Part shown: positions 9,658-19,940 of the stretch, in pieces
How the letters are laid out: every line of letters begins with the position of its first letter
Position numbering within the stretch: position 1 is the stretch's first letter
DNA from: Rhodospirillales bacterium
Lineage (GTDB): Bacteria > Pseudomonadota > Alphaproteobacteria > Acetobacterales > Acetobacteraceae
Assembly: GCA_041691815.1 (NCBI GenBank)
Contig: JBEPTZ010000005.1
Span: 1,007 to 65,006 of the forward strand
DNA: 64,000 bases
Direction: 5' to 3'
Notes under the pieces: generated by a model
What the model was told of the DNA's origin: nothing
Databases searched by the model: none
Seen by the model: the letters and a program-made list of their open reading frames with translations, nothing else
Translations under genes and position numbers: made by a program

Positions 9658-10824
9658 TACCGGCAATCCCACGTAATTCTCCGCCAGCGCCATCGCCCCA
9701 ACCGGCGAGGAGGTGACATAGTCCAGTTCCGCCTGCTGTATCCGCCGCTCGAACGGCGTGTGCTGCGCGAAGCGGTGCAGCAGCGAGGTCATCCACCAGG
9801 AGAACCGTTCCGCCTTCCAGGCGCGGCGCAGCGCGGTGTCGGAATAGGCGTCCAGCAGCCTCGCATCGCCGCGCGCGAACCAGGCATCCAGCGCGCGGGC
9901 CAGCACTGTCACATCCGCGACGGCCAGATTCATGCCCTTGGCGCCGGTCGGCGGCACGATATGCGCGGCGTCACCGGCCAGCACCAGGCGGCCGGCGCGC
10001 ATCGGTTCGCCAACATAGCTGCGCATTGCGGTGATGCCTTTCTGCCGGATCGGCCCTTCCGGCAGCGCGAAACCGGCCGCGTCGGCCAACCGCAGGCGCA
10101 GTTCGTCCCAGATGCGCGCATCGGGCCACTGCGCCAGATCCTCGTCGGGCGGGACCTGGAGATACAGCCGGCTCAGAGTCGGGCCGCGCATCGAGGCCAG
10201 CGCGAAACCGGCGCCGTGGCTGGCATAGACCAGTTCATCATTGGCCGGCGCCGCCTCGGCCAGGATGCCGAGCCAGCCGAACGGATAGCTGCATTCGAAT
10301 GCATTGAGCACGCCGGCGGGCATCGCGGCGCGGCCGATACCGTGGAAGCCATCGCAGCCGGCGACGATGTCGCAGTCCAGAGTCTGCACGCGGTTGTCAT
10401 GGCGGAAGCTGATGCGGGGCGCATCGGCCAGGATGCCGTCGATCGCCAACCCTTCGGCCTCGAACAGCAGCGGCAACCCAACCGCCAGCCGGGCGGCGAT
10501 CAGGTCGCGCAATACCTCGTGCTGGCCGTAGACCATGATGCTCTTGCCGGTGAGCCCGGTGAGGTCGATGCGGTGGCTGGCGCCGTTGACCCGCAGCACC
10601 ACGCCATGATGCGGCAGGCCCTCGCGGTCCATCCGCGCGCCGAGGCCGATGGCACGCAGCAATTCGGCGGCCTGATGCTCCATCACCCCGGCGCGGATGC
10701 GGCTTTCCACATGCGCGCGGGTGTGGGTCTCCAGGATGACACTATCGACGCCGGCGAGGTGCAGAAGATGGCCGAGCAACAACCCGGCCGGGCCGGCGCC
10801 GATGATGCCGACCTGGGTGCGCGT
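9652..10824 (-). CDS. pobA: 4-hydroxybenzoate 3-monooxygenase
   Basis: Near full-length similarity to PobA as I remember it (TQVGIIGAGPAGLLLG..., FLAGDAAHIVPPTGAKG, AERFSWWMTS, ENYVGLP). ORF track starts at TTG 10782, which would delete the GxGxxG strand. I extend to ACG 10824, which aligns with the PobA start Met and follows a GGGAGGAA Shine-Dalgarno. Confidence 0.8.
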   Translation of the reverse strand, partial: TRTQVGIIGAGPAGLLLGHLLHLAGVDSVILETHTRAHVESRIRAGVMEHQAAELLRAIGLGARMDREGLPHHGVVLRVNGASHRIDLTGLTGKSIMVYGQHEVLRDLIAARLAVGLPLLFEAEGLAIDGILADAPRISFRHDNRVQTLDCDIVAGCDGFHGIGRAAMPAGVLNAFECSYPFGWLGILAEAAPANDELVYASHGAGFALASMRGPTLSRLYLQVPPDEDLAQWPDARIWDELRLRLADAAGFALPEGPIRQKGITAMRSYVGEPMRAGRLVLAGDAAHIVPPTGAKGMNLAVADVTVLARALDAWFARGDARLLDAYSDTALRRAWKAERFSWWMTSLLHRFAQHTPFERRIQQAELDYVTSSPVGAMALAENYVGLPVG

Positions 10825-10830
10825 TGCGGC

Positions 10831-10838
10831 TTCCTCCC
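10831..10838 (-). promoter_or_regulatory. Shine-Dalgarno (GGGAGGAA) 6 nt upstream of the ACG at the expected pobA start
   Basis: The minus strand reads CCGGGAGGAAGCCGCA-ACG-CGC-ACC-CAG-GTC. Confidence 0.5.
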
Positions 10839-10854
10839 GGCGTTCCTTGCGGGA

Positions 10855-13182
10855 TCAGGCGGCCCTGGCGGTGGCGATCGCCTTCCAGACCTTCTCGGCC
10901 GTCGCCGGCATGTCCAGATGGGTGACACCCACCGGGGTCAGCGCATCGACGATGGCGTTCATCACCGCCGGCGGGCTGCCGACCGCGCCGGCCTCGCCGG
11001 CGCCCTTCACCCCCAGCGGGTTGGTGAGGCAGGGCACCTCGATCAGGTCGACCTCAATATCCGGCAGGTCGTCGGCGCGCGGCAGCGTGTAGTCCATCAG
11101 GCTGCCGGAGATCAGCTGGCCGGACTCCGCATCGTAGACGGTATGCTCCAGCACCGCCTGGCCGAAGCCCTGCGCCACGCCGCCCTGCACCTGGCCACGC
11201 ACGATCATCGGGTTGACCGTCTTGCCCATGTCGTCGGTCACCGTGTAGCGCACCAGCTTGGTCACGCCGGTCTCGGGATCGATCTCCACCTCGGCGATAT
11301 GGCAGCCATTGGGGAAGGTGTGGGCGTCGATATTGGCCACCTCGGCGGCGTCCAGAATGGTGGCGTCCTGGCCCTTGGCGGCGCGGGCGCGCTGGGTGGC
11401 GGCCAGGGTCATGATGTCGATGCCGCGATCGGTGCCGGTGACGCTGAAGCGGCCGGCCTCGAACACGATATCGGCCATCGCCGCTTCCAACGCCTCGGAG
11501 GCGGCGCGGCGGCCCTTCTCGATCACCGTGGCGGCAGTGGCGAAGATCGCCTGGCCCTCGGAATACAGGCTGCGGGCGCCGCCGGTACCGCCGCCGGTGG
11601 GGATGGTGTCGGTGTCGCCCTGCTTCACCCGCACCTTTTCGCCGGGCACCCCCAGCCTGTCGACGGTGAGTTGCACATAGGCGGTCTCGTGCCCCTGGCC
11701 GGTGGATTGGGTGCCGACATAGACGTCGACAAAGCCGTCATCGGTGAAGCGCACCTCGGCGCGCTCGGTGGCGGCACCGCCGGTGGCCTCCAGGTAATAG
11801 GCCATGCCGATGCCGCGGCGCTTGCCTTTCGCGGCCGAGGCGGTGCGCCGGGTCTCGAAGCCGGCCCAGTCCATGTGCTTCAGCCCATGGTCCATCACCA
11901 GCTTGAAGTCGCCGCTGTCGTAGTTCTTGCCCACCGGCGTCTTGTGCGGCATCTGCTCCGGCCCGACCATGTTGCGCCGGCGCAATTCCACCCGGTCGAT
12001 ACCCATCTCGCGCGCCGCGGCGTCGACCAGCCGCTCCACCAGGTAGTTCGATTCCGGCCGCCCGGCGCCGCGATAGGCGTCCACCGGCACGGTGTTGGTG
12101 AACACGCCGAGCACGTTGGCATAGACCGCCTGGAAGCCGTAGACGCTGGCCAGCACGCCGGTGCCGGCGGCGGTGGGGATATAAGGGCCGAAATTGGACA
12201 GATAAGCGCCCATATTGGCCACGTTGCGGGTGCGCAGCGCCAGGAACTTGCCCTGCGCGTCCATCGCGATCTCGCCGACGGTGACGTTGTCGCGCCCCTG
12301 GGTGTCACACAGGAACGCCTCGGAGCGCTCGGAGGTCCATTTCACCGGGGCGCCCAGCTTGCGCGCGGCGTAGCTGGTCAGCACATGCTCGGGGAACAGG
12401 AACAGCTTCATGCCGAAGCCGCCGCCGACATCCGGCGTGATGATGCGGAAGCTCTCCGCGCCGGTGTTGAAGATGGTCGGGCCGAGGATGTCTTTCAGCA
12501 GCCAGCCGCCCTGGGTGTTGGTGCGCAGCGTCCAGCGCTTGCTGTCGGCGTCGTAGCTGGCCAGGGCGGCGCGCGGCTCGATCGAGTTCACCACGATGCG
12601 GTTGTTGACCACCTTGAGCTTGGTCACATGCGCGGCGCTGGCGAACAGGCCCTCCACCTGCTCCTTCTGGCCGATCTCCCAGTCGAAGCAGATATTGCCC
12701 GGTGCGGCGTCCCACACCAGCGGCTGGCCCTTGCTCATCGCATCGTCGGTGCCGGTGACCGAGGGCAGCACATCGTAATCGACCATCACCGCCTCGGCGC
12801 CGTCGCGGGCGGCCTGCAGGGTTTCGCCGACGATGAAGGCCACCGGCTCGCCGACATGGCGCACCATGCCGTTGGCCAGCACCGGACGGTCGGGGCTGAT
12901 CTGCGCGCTGCCGTCGCGGTTGGTCAGCTTGGCGAGGCAGGGCAGCAGGCCGATGCCGTCGGCCCTGATGTTCGCCGAGGTGTAGACCGCGCACACCCCC
13001 GGCACCGCGCGGGCCGCCGCCGCGTCGGTGGCGGTGATCCGCGCCATGGCGTGCGGGCTGCGCAGCACCACACCGTACAACACGCCCGGCAGCGTGCCGT
13101 CATCGGTATAGGAGCCGGCGCCCTTCAACAGGCGCGGGTCTTCCACGCGGCGGACAGGCTGGGCGACACCGAACTGAGCCAT
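10855..13182 (-). CDS. xanthine dehydrogenase family molybdopterin-binding subunit (CoxL form II-like / aldehyde oxidase-like)
   Basis: 775-aa ORF with N-terminus MAQFGVAQPVRRVEDPRLLKGAGSYTDD and an AYRGAGRPE active-site-loop motif. Confidence 0.85.
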   Translation of the reverse strand: MAQFGVAQPVRRVEDPRLLKGAGSYTDDGTLPGVLYGVVLRSPHAMARITATDAAAARAVPGVCAVYTSANIRADGIGLLPCLAKLTNRDGSAQISPDRPVLANGMVRHVGEPVAFIVGETLQAARDGAEAVMVDYDVLPSVTGTDDAMSKGQPLVWDAAPGNICFDWEIGQKEQVEGLFASAAHVTKLKVVNNRIVVNSIEPRAALASYDADSKRWTLRTNTQGGWLLKDILGPTIFNTGAESFRIITPDVGGGFGMKLFLFPEHVLTSYAARKLGAPVKWTSERSEAFLCDTQGRDNVTVGEIAMDAQGKFLALRTRNVANMGAYLSNFGPYIPTAAGTGVLASVYGFQAVYANVLGVFTNTVPVDAYRGAGRPESNYLVERLVDAAAREMGIDRVELRRRNMVGPEQMPHKTPVGKNYDSGDFKLVMDHGLKHMDWAGFETRRTASAAKGKRRGIGMAYYLEATGGAATERAEVRFTDDGFVDVYVGTQSTGQGHETAYVQLTVDRLGVPGEKVRVKQGDTDTIPTGGGTGGARSLYSEGQAIFATAATVIEKGRRAASEALEAAMADIVFEAGRFSVTGTDRGIDIMTLAATQRARAAKGQDATILDAAEVANIDAHTFPNGCHIAEVEIDPETGVTKLVRYTVTDDMGKTVNPMIVRGQVQGGVAQGFGQAVLEHTVYDAESGQLISGSLMDYTLPRADDLPDIEVDLIEVPCLTNPLGVKGAGEAGAVGSPPAVMNAIVDALTPVGVTHLDMPATAEKVWKAIATARAA

Positions 13183-13229
13183 GGCGTTTCTCTCCGATTT
13201 TCGTCTCGTGCCGCAGGATGCACGCTTAA

Positions 13230-13258
13230 GGGCCGCCCCGCCAAGGGGGTATCGGCCC
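13230..13258 (-). terminator. possible hairpin terminator downstream of the RND operon
   Basis: GGGCCG-CCCC-GCCAA-GGGG-TAT-CGGCCC inverted repeat just after the permease stop. The T-run is weak. Confidence 0.3.
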
Positions 13259-13265
13259 GGTGATA

Positions 13266-16200
13266 TCAGTGCCCGGTATCGACGCGCCGGCCGCCGAACA
13301 TCCCGGCGCTGCGTTCACGCAGCCGCTGGAAGGTCACGTACAGCATCGGGATCAGGAAGATGCCAAGCAAGGTCGCCAGGATCATGCCGCCGAACACCGG
13401 CATGCCGACCGCGCGGCGCGACAGCATCGCAGCACCCTGGGCAGTGATCAGCGGCACCAGCCCGAGGATGAACGAGATCGAGGTCATCAGCACGGCGCGG
13501 AACCGCATCCGGGCCCCGGCGGCGGCGGCCTCGATGATCGGCCGTCCGGCCTCGCGCTGCTCCTTGGCGAACTCGACGATCAGGATGCCGTTCTTGGCCG
13601 CCAGCGCGATCAGCACCACGAGGCCGATCTGGCCGTAGAGGTCGAGCGGCATGCCGCGCAGCACCAGCCCGGCGAACGCCCCCAGCACGCCGACCGTGAC
13701 GCTCAGCAGCACCGGCACCGGGATCACCCAGCTTTCGTACAATGCCACCAGGAACAGGTAGGCGAACAGCACCGCCAGCGCCAGGATCGACCCGGTCTGC
13801 CCGGTCGACCGCACCTCCTGGTACGAGGTGCCTGACCAGTCGAAGCTGTAGCCGGAGGGCAGCGTCTTGGCGGAAATCTGCGCCATCGCCGCCAGCGCGT
13901 CGCCCGACGAGACGCCCGGCCCCGGCGAACCGGTGACGGTGATCGCCGGGTAGTTGTTGAACCGGCTGATGGTCTGCGGCCCCAGCACGATGCGCGCCGA
14001 GGCCACCGAGCGCAGCGGCACCATGGCGCCGGTTTTGCTGCGGATAAAGATGCGCCAGACCGCCGACAGATCGGTGCGGTCGGCCGCCTCACCCTGCACC
14101 AGCACCTGCCAGGAACGGCCGTACAGGTTGAAATCATTGACGTAGATGCCGCCCAGCGTGGCCTGCAAGGCGGAGAAGATGTCGGTGATCGCCAGCCCCA
14201 GCGCCTGCGCCTTGTCGCGGTCGATATCCAGGAAGATGCTCGGCGTGGTGGCGGTGAAGGTGGAGAACACCCGCGACAGATGCGGGTCCTGGTTGGCCGC
14301 CGCCAGCAGGCCCTGCAAGGCGCTGGCCATATCCGCCGGGTCGCGGCCCTCCAGGTTCTCCAACTGGTATTCGAAGCCGCCCGAGGTGGACAGCCCGATG
14401 ATCGGCGGCAGGTTGAACGGGAAGATCTGCGCCGAACGGATCTGCTGTGCCTGCCCGAACACCTGCCCGATCACCGCCTGCGCCCGGTCGGCCACCGCGG
14501 TGCGATCGGCAAACGGCTTCAGGCGCACCACCATGAAGGCGGCATTGCTCTGCGCGCCGCCGCTCATCAGCGAGAAGCCGACGATCGACAGCAGGTTCTC
14601 CACCTGCGGCATCTTGCGCAGCATGTCCTCGGTGCGGGCAACGACGGCGCGGGTGCGCGAGACCGAAGCGCCGTCGGGCAATTGCACCGAGATGAAGAAC
14701 GCGCCCTGGTCCTCCTCGGGCAGGAAGCTGGTCGGGGTCAGTTTGGCCAGCCCGAACACCCCGGCGCCGGCAATCGCCACCACCAGCACCGCCAGCACCG
14801 CGAACCGCAGCAGCCGGGTGATGGTGCGGGCGTAGCCATCGCGCACCCGGTCGATGCCGCCCAGCACCCGCCCCATGATGCCGCGCCGCTTGCCGGTATG
14901 GCGCAGCAGCACGCCGCACAGCGCCGGCGCCAGGGTGAGCGCCGAAGTTGCCGAGATCAGCATCGCCACCGCGATGGTCACCGCGAACTGGCGGAACAAC
15001 TGGCCCGACACACCGGGAATGAAGGCGATCGGCACGAACACCGACAGCAGCACCAGCGAGATCGCGATGATCGGCCCGGTAATCTGCGCCATCGCCTTCT
15101 TGGTGGCGTCTTTCGGCGACAGGTCCGGCTCCTCCTCCAGCACCCGCTCGACGTTCTCCACCACCACGATGGCGTCATCCACCACGATGCCCACCGCCAG
15201 CACCAGTGCCAGCAGCGTCACCGTATTGGCCGAGAAGCCGATCGCCAGCAGCACCGCGATGGTGCCGATCAGGCTGACCGGCACCACCACCGCCGGGATC
15301 AGGGTGGCGCGGATGTTGCCGAGGAACAGGAACACCACCAGCACCACCAGCACGAACGCCTCGGCCAGCGTCTTCAGCACCTGGCCGATGGTGTCGGCGA
15401 CGAAGGTGGAGCTGTCGTAGAAGACGATCTTCTTCATCCCGGCCGGGAAGCGGGTGGCCAACTGGTCCAGCACCTTGCTGACCGCCGCCGAGGTGTTCAC
15501 CGCATTGGCGCCGGGGGCGAGATAGACCGCGATCGAGACCGCCGGCTTGCCGTTCAGCCGGCTCTCGGTATCCAGGTTGGCCGCCGCCAGTTCCACCCGG
15601 GCGATATCGTGCAGCCGCAGCACCGAGCCGTCCGGGTTGGCGCGGATCACCAGGTCGCCGAATTCCGCCGGCGTCACCAACCGGCCCTTGGTCTGCAGGT
15701 TGATCTGGAACTGGTTGGCGTCGCTGGTCGGCTGGGCGCCGATCCGCCCGATCGCGCCCTGCACGTTCTGGGTCTGCAGGGCGGCGATGATGTCGGTCGG
15801 CACCAGGCCGAGGCTGGTCAGCCGCCCGGTGTCGAACCAGATGCGCATCGAGTAGTCCTGCGCGCCGAAGATCGTCGCCTGGCCGACGCCCGGCACCCGG
15901 GCCACCGCGTCCAGCACGTTGATCGTCACGTAGTTGGAGACGAACAGCGGGGTGAGCTGGGGGTCCTCGCTGTAGATCTGCGCGAATTCCAGGATCGCCG
16001 AGCTTTGCTTGGCCACCTTGATGCCCTGGCGCTGCACCTCGGCTGGCATCTTGGACAGCACAGCCTGCACCCGGTTGTTGACGTTGACGGTGTCGATATC
16101 CGGGTTGGTGCCCAGGTTGAAGCTAACCGTGAGCGAATAGCTGCCGTCATTGCCGCTGTTGGACTGCATGTACAGCATCTGGTCGACGCCGTTGATCGCC

Positions 16201-16403
16201 GCTTCCAGCGGCTGGGCCACCACGGCCGCCACCACCGCGGCCGAGGCGCCGGGGAAATTGGTGCTCACCCGCACCTGCGGCGGCACGATATCGGGGAACT
16301 GCGCCACCGGAATCCGGGTGGCGGCAATCAGCCCGGCTAGCGTGATGACGATGGCCATCACCACCGCCAGCCGCGGGCGGTCGATGAAAACGGCGGAGAT
16401 CAT
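13266..16403 (-). CDS. efflux RND transporter permease subunit (AcrB/MexB family)
   Basis: 1045-aa ORF starting [24 protein letters not shown], with a 12-TM layout and two large periplasmic loops. Confidence 0.9.
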   Translation of the reverse strand: MISAVFIDRPRLAVVMAIVITLAGLIAATRIPVAQFPDIVPPQVRVSTNFPGASAAVVAAVVAQPLEAAINGVDQMLYMQSNSGNDGSYSLTVSFNLGTNPDIDTVNVNNRVQAVLSKMPAEVQRQGIKVAKQSSAILEFAQIYSEDPQLTPLFVSNYVTINVLDAVARVPGVGQATIFGAQDYSMRIWFDTGRLTSLGLVPTDIIAALQTQNVQGAIGRIGAQPTSDANQFQINLQTKGRLVTPAEFGDLVIRANPDGSVLRLHDIARVELAAANLDTESRLNGKPAVSIAVYLAPGANAVNTSAAVSKVLDQLATRFPAGMKKIVFYDSSTFVADTIGQVLKTLAEAFVLVVLVVFLFLGNIRATLIPAVVVPVSLIGTIAVLLAIGFSANTVTLLALVLAVGIVVDDAIVVVENVERVLEEEPDLSPKDATKKAMAQITGPIIAISLVLLSVFVPIAFIPGVSGQLFRQFAVTIAVAMLISATSALTLAPALCGVLLRHTGKRRGIMGRVLGGIDRVRDGYARTITRLLRFAVLAVLVVAIAGAGVFGLAKLTPTSFLPEEDQGAFFISVQLPDGASVSRTRAVVARTEDMLRKMPQVENLLSIVGFSLMSGGAQSNAAFMVVRLKPFADRTAVADRAQAVIGQVFGQAQQIRSAQIFPFNLPPIIGLSTSGGFEYQLENLEGRDPADMASALQGLLAAANQDPHLSRVFSTFTATTPSIFLDIDRDKAQALGLAITDIFSALQATLGGIYVNDFNLYGRSWQVLVQGEAADRTDLSAVWRIFIRSKTGAMVPLRSVASARIVLGPQTISRFNNYPAITVTGSPGPGVSSGDALAAMAQISAKTLPSGYSFDWSGTSYQEVRSTGQTGSILALAVLFAYLFLVALYESWVIPVPVLLSVTVGVLGAFAGLVLRGMPLDLYGQIGLVVLIALAAKNGILIVEFAKEQREAGRPIIEAAAAGARMRFRAVLMTSISFILGLVPLITAQGAAMLSRRAVGMPVFGGMILATLLGIFLIPMLYVTFQRLRERSAGMFGGRRVDTGH

Positions 16404-16407
16404 GCGC

Positions 16408-17613
16408 TCAGTTCCGTGCCGCCGGAGCGGCAGGGGCCGCCGAAGCAGGCGCCGCGCCCGGTTCGCCGGCGGCCGGCGCCGGATTCACCACGATGCCGGG
16501 CCGCACCCGCTGGATACCGTCGGCCACCACCTGCTCGCCTTCCTTCAGGCCGTCGGTCACCATCGCCAGCGCCGGGGTGGACTGGCCGAGCTCGATCCGC
16601 CGCTGCTCCACCTTGTTGCCGGCAGCGACCACATACACATAGCTGCCCCGCTGGTCGGACAGCACGGCAGCGCGCGGGATCGCCAGCGCGGTCACCGGCT
16701 TGACGCCCTCCAGCAGCACGGTGACGAACTCGCCATCGAGCAGTGGGCGGTTGCCAGGCGTGTCGGCGCGCGCGCCAGGCAGCAGCGGGTTGGCGATGCT
16801 GGCGCGCAAGGTGAGCGTGTCTGTGCCCTGCGCCACGCTGGGGTCGGCGTAGTCCAGCGTGCCCACCTGGTCGTACAGCTTGCCATCGGCCAGCCGCAGC
16901 CTGACCTGCACCGCCGAGAAGCCGCCGGCACCGGCATAGCGGTCGCGCAATTCCAGCGCCGCCCGCACCGAGATCGGGAAGGTCACATACATCGGGTCCT
17001 GGCTGACGATGGTGGCGAGCGGGCCGGAGCCGGGGGTGACCACGTTGCCCACCGCCAGCGCCGTGCGACCGATCTTGCCGGCGATCGGCGCGCGAATTTC
17101 GGTATAGCCAAGGCTGATCACCGAGGCCTGCAACTGCGCCTGGTTGGCCTGCAACTGGGCGGCGGTGCTGGCCTGGTTGGCCTCCGCGGTATCCACTGCC
17201 GAGACCAGCCCGGCCGGTGAGCCGATCAGCGATTTCGCCCGGGTCAGTTGGATCTGGGCGTTCTTCAGCAGCGCCTGGGTCTGCGCCACCGCTGCCTGCT
17301 TGGCGACCACATCGGCCTCGAACGGCGGCCGCTCCAGCCGATACAGCAGGTCGCCCGTGGCAACCTCGGAGCCTTCCTTGAACAGCCGCTCCTCGATGAA
17401 CGCGGTGACCCGCGCAACCAGCGCCACCCGGTCGGTGGCCTGCACCCGGCCGACATACTCGCTGCTCTGCACCATCGGCCGCTCGCGCACGGTCACCACG
17501 CCCACCGCCGGCGGGCCGCCGGGGCCGAATTGCGCTTCGGCTGGCGGCGCGGACAGCAGCACGGCGGCACATGCCAGCAGCGGAGCGATGGCGATAATCC
17601 GGCGACGGCGCAT
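16408..17613 (-). CDS. efflux RND transporter periplasmic adaptor subunit
   Basis: Lies immediately upstream of the permease (4-nt gap). I chose the internal start [27 protein letters not shown], which gives a signal peptide. Coiled-coil and lipoyl-like segments are typical of the MFP family. Confidence 0.85.
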   Translation of the reverse strand: MRRRRIIAIAPLLACAAVLLSAPPAEAQFGPGGPPAVGVVTVRERPMVQSSEYVGRVQATDRVALVARVTAFIEERLFKEGSEVATGDLLYRLERPPFEADVVAKQAAVAQTQALLKNAQIQLTRAKSLIGSPAGLVSAVDTAEANQASTAAQLQANQAQLQASVISLGYTEIRAPIAGKIGRTALAVGNVVTPGSGPLATIVSQDPMYVTFPISVRAALELRDRYAGAGGFSAVQVRLRLADGKLYDQVGTLDYADPSVAQGTDTLTLRASIANPLLPGARADTPGNRPLLDGEFVTVLLEGVKPVTALAIPRAAVLSDQRGSYVYVVAAGNKVEQRRIELGQSTPALAMVTDGLKEGEQVVADGIQRVRPGIVVNPAPAAGEPGAAPASAAPAAPAARN

Positions 17614-17789
17614 GCGAGAACCTCGACCCACGGCCCCGGGCAGGGGGGGCGGAGCAGCCCGCCATCTGTGTTGGTGCGCCCTCATAGGACATATTCCGGG
17701 TGCATTGCGAGCCTGTTACTGTTCGCAGCCCCGTGGCTTGTCATCGCGCCACCCGCGCGCCACCCTCGCACCAGAGCAGGAGAGCCGTC

Positions 17790-18710
17790 ATGAGCGAACA
17801 CGTCACCATCTGCGAGGTCGGCCCGCGCGACGGGCTGCAGATCGCCAAGGGCCGCATGCCGACCGCGGTGAAAACCCGCTGGATTGCAGCGCTGGCCGCC
17901 GCCGGCCTGCCGCATATCGAGGTCGGCAGCTTCGTGCCCGCCTCGGTGATCCCGCAACTGGTCGACACGCCGGAGATCGTCCGCCGCGCCGTGCTGCTGC
18001 CCAACGTCATCATCCAGGCGCTAGCGCCCAACCTGCGCGGCGCCCAGGGCGCCTATGCCGCCGGTGCGCATCGCATCAGCATCCCGGTCTCGGTCAGCGT
18101 CGGCCACAGCCGCGCCAACCTCAACCGCACCCCCGACGAGCAGGTGGCCGAGGTCGGCCGCATGGTCGCCTGGCTGCGTGCCCAGCCGCGCCATGTGACC
18201 GTGGAGGCCGCCTGCTCCACCGCGTTCGGCTGCTCGATCGACGGCGCGGTGGCCGAATCCGAGGTGGTGCGCATCGCCGCCGGGCTGGCCGAGGCCGGGG
18301 CCGACGACCTGTCGCTGGCCGATACCGTCGGCTACGGCAACCCGGCGATGATCCGCTCCACCGTCCGCGCGGTGCGTGCGGTGGTCGGCCCGGCGCTGAA
18401 GGGGCTGCACCTGCACGATACCTGCGGCGTCGGCATCGCCAACGCGCTGGCCGGGCTGGACGAGGGCATCCGCAAGTTCGACTCGGCACTGGCCGGGCTC
18501 GGCGGCTGCCCGTACGCGCCCGGCGCCTCGGGCAATATCGTCACCGAGGACCTGGTGTTCATGCTGGAGAGCATGGGCTTCAGCACCGGCGTCGCCCTGG
18601 AGAAGCTGCTCGCCGCCCGCGCCATCCTGCACGAGGGCCTGCCGAGCGAGCCGATGCACGGCAACCTCGCCAAGGCCGGCATCCCGCGCACCTTCGCCAA
18701 AGCTGCCTGA
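17790..18710 (+). CDS. hydroxymethylglutaryl-CoA lyase family protein
   Basis: The N-terminus VTICEVGPRDGLQ and the segment HLHDTCGVGIANALAGL are HMGL-like TIM-barrel motifs. Confidence 0.8.
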   Translation: MSEHVTICEVGPRDGLQIAKGRMPTAVKTRWIAALAAAGLPHIEVGSFVPASVIPQLVDTPEIVRRAVLLPNVIIQALAPNLRGAQGAYAAGAHRISIPVSVSVGHSRANLNRTPDEQVAEVGRMVAWLRAQPRHVTVEAACSTAFGCSIDGAVAESEVVRIAAGLAEAGADDLSLADTVGYGNPAMIRSTVRAVRAVVGPALKGLHLHDTCGVGIANALAGLDEGIRKFDSALAGLGGCPYAPGASGNIVTEDLVFMLESMGFSTGVALEKLLAARAILHEGLPSEPMHGNLAKAGIPRTFAKAA

Positions 18711-18712
18711 GC

Positions 18713-19888
18713 ATGTCCTCGCAGCCGCTCACCGGCATCAAGGTGGTCGAGTTCGTCCATATGGTGATGGGCCCCACCTGCGGCCTGGTGCTGGCCGATC
18801 TCGGTGCCGATGTGGTGAAGGTGGAACCGGCGCCGGCCGGCGACAACACCCGCCGCCTGCCCGGCTCCGGCGCCGGCTTCTACGTGATGGCCAACCGCAA
18901 CAAGCGCAGCCTGGCCGTGGACCTCAAGAGCGCCGAGGGCCACACCCTGGTGATGAAGTTGATCGCCACCGCCGACGTGGTGGTGGAGAACTTCCGGCCG
19001 GGCGCCATGGACCGGCTGGGCTTCGGCTACGAGGCGCTGGCGAAACTCAACCCGCGGCTGATCTACTGCTCCTGCAAAGGCTTCCTGCCCGGCCCGTACG
19101 AAACCCGCACCGCGCTCGACGAGGTGGTGCAGATGATGGGCGGCCTCGCCTACATGACCGGCCCGCCCGGCCGGCCGCTGCGCGCCGGTTCCTCGGTCAA
19201 CGACATCATGGGCGGCATGTTCGGCGCCATCGGCATCCTGGCGGCGCTGAACGAGCGCCATGTCACTGGCCTCGGCACCCATGTGCAGTCCGGCCTGTTC
19301 GAGAACAACACCATGCTGGTCGCCCAGCACATGGCGCAATACGTGGTGACCGGCAAGGAAGCCGCCCCGATGCCGAACCGCGCCAGCGTCTGGCCGATCT
19401 ACGACACCTTCGACGTTTCGGACGGCCAGGTGTTCATCGGCGCCGTCACCGACACCCAATGGAACCTGTTCTGCGCCGCCTTCGGCCTCGACGACCTGCT
19501 GGCCGACCCGACGCTGGCCACCCAGCACGACCGCCACATGGCCCGCCCGCGCACCATCCCGCGCATCGCCGAGGCGCTGAAGAGCTACACCCGCACCGCC
19601 CTGATGGCGAAAATGGAAGCCCTCGGCCTGCCGTTCGCGCCGATCTCCCGTCCGATCGAGTTGTTCGACGACCCCCACCTCAATGCGTCGGGTGGCCTGC
19701 TGGCGATGACGCTGCCGGACGGCAAGCAGACCAAACTCCCCGCCCTGCCGCTCTCGCTCGACGGCCATCGCCTGAAGTTGCGCCGCAACCCGCCGAAAAC
19801 CGGCGAGCACGATGCCGAGATCGCCCGCGAACTCGGGTATTCCGACGTAGAAATCGCCGAGTTGCGGGAGAGAGGGGTGCTGGTCTGA
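18713..19888 (+). CDS. CoA transferase, family III (CaiB/BaiF)
   Basis: LTGIKVVEFVHMVMGPTCGLVLADLGADVVKVE and NRNKRSLAVDLK are family III motifs. It starts 2 nt after the lyase stop. Confidence 0.85.
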   Translation: MSSQPLTGIKVVEFVHMVMGPTCGLVLADLGADVVKVEPAPAGDNTRRLPGSGAGFYVMANRNKRSLAVDLKSAEGHTLVMKLIATADVVVENFRPGAMDRLGFGYEALAKLNPRLIYCSCKGFLPGPYETRTALDEVVQMMGGLAYMTGPPGRPLRAGSSVNDIMGGMFGAIGILAALNERHVTGLGTHVQSGLFENNTMLVAQHMAQYVVTGKEAAPMPNRASVWPIYDTFDVSDGQVFIGAVTDTQWNLFCAAFGLDDLLADPTLATQHDRHMARPRTIPRIAEALKSYTRTALMAKMEALGLPFAPISRPIELFDDPHLNASGGLLAMTLPDGKQTKLPALPLSLDGHRLKLRRNPPKTGEHDAEIARELGYSDVEIAELRERGVLV

Positions 19889-19940
19889 AGGGGCTGCTTT
19901 TTTTGAAACGCAGGGCGCAAAAATCGTTATTCGTTGGGGC
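19888..19940. repeat. degenerate solo module of the AT-rich hairpin repeat family
   Basis: GAAGGGGCTGCTTTTTTTGAAACGCAGGGCGCAAAAATCGTTATTCGTTGGGGCAG aligns with the right-hand module of 9512-9657 (GGAAGCAGCGCTTTTTTGAAAAAAAGCGCGCAAAAAACTCTATCCGCCTTGCAG). Confidence 0.5.

Noticed and set aside
9652-13182. CoxL-like gene and pobA lie in the same reading frame, separated by a single TGA, so a read-through or selenocysteine fusion was considered
   Set aside because: Sharing a frame has a one in three chance. A strong Shine-Dalgarno sits between them, no SECIS-like hairpin follows the TGA, and no such fusion architecture is known to me.
8965-13263. 1432-aa ORF on the plus strand spanning the hpnN-like start, repeat 9512-9657, pobA and the CoxL-like gene
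   Set aside because: It is antisense to three well-supported genes with clear family motifs. It has low-complexity Arg/Gly/Ala/His-rich content with no recognisable domain. It is a typical shadow ORF in a stop-poor frame of very GC-rich DNA.
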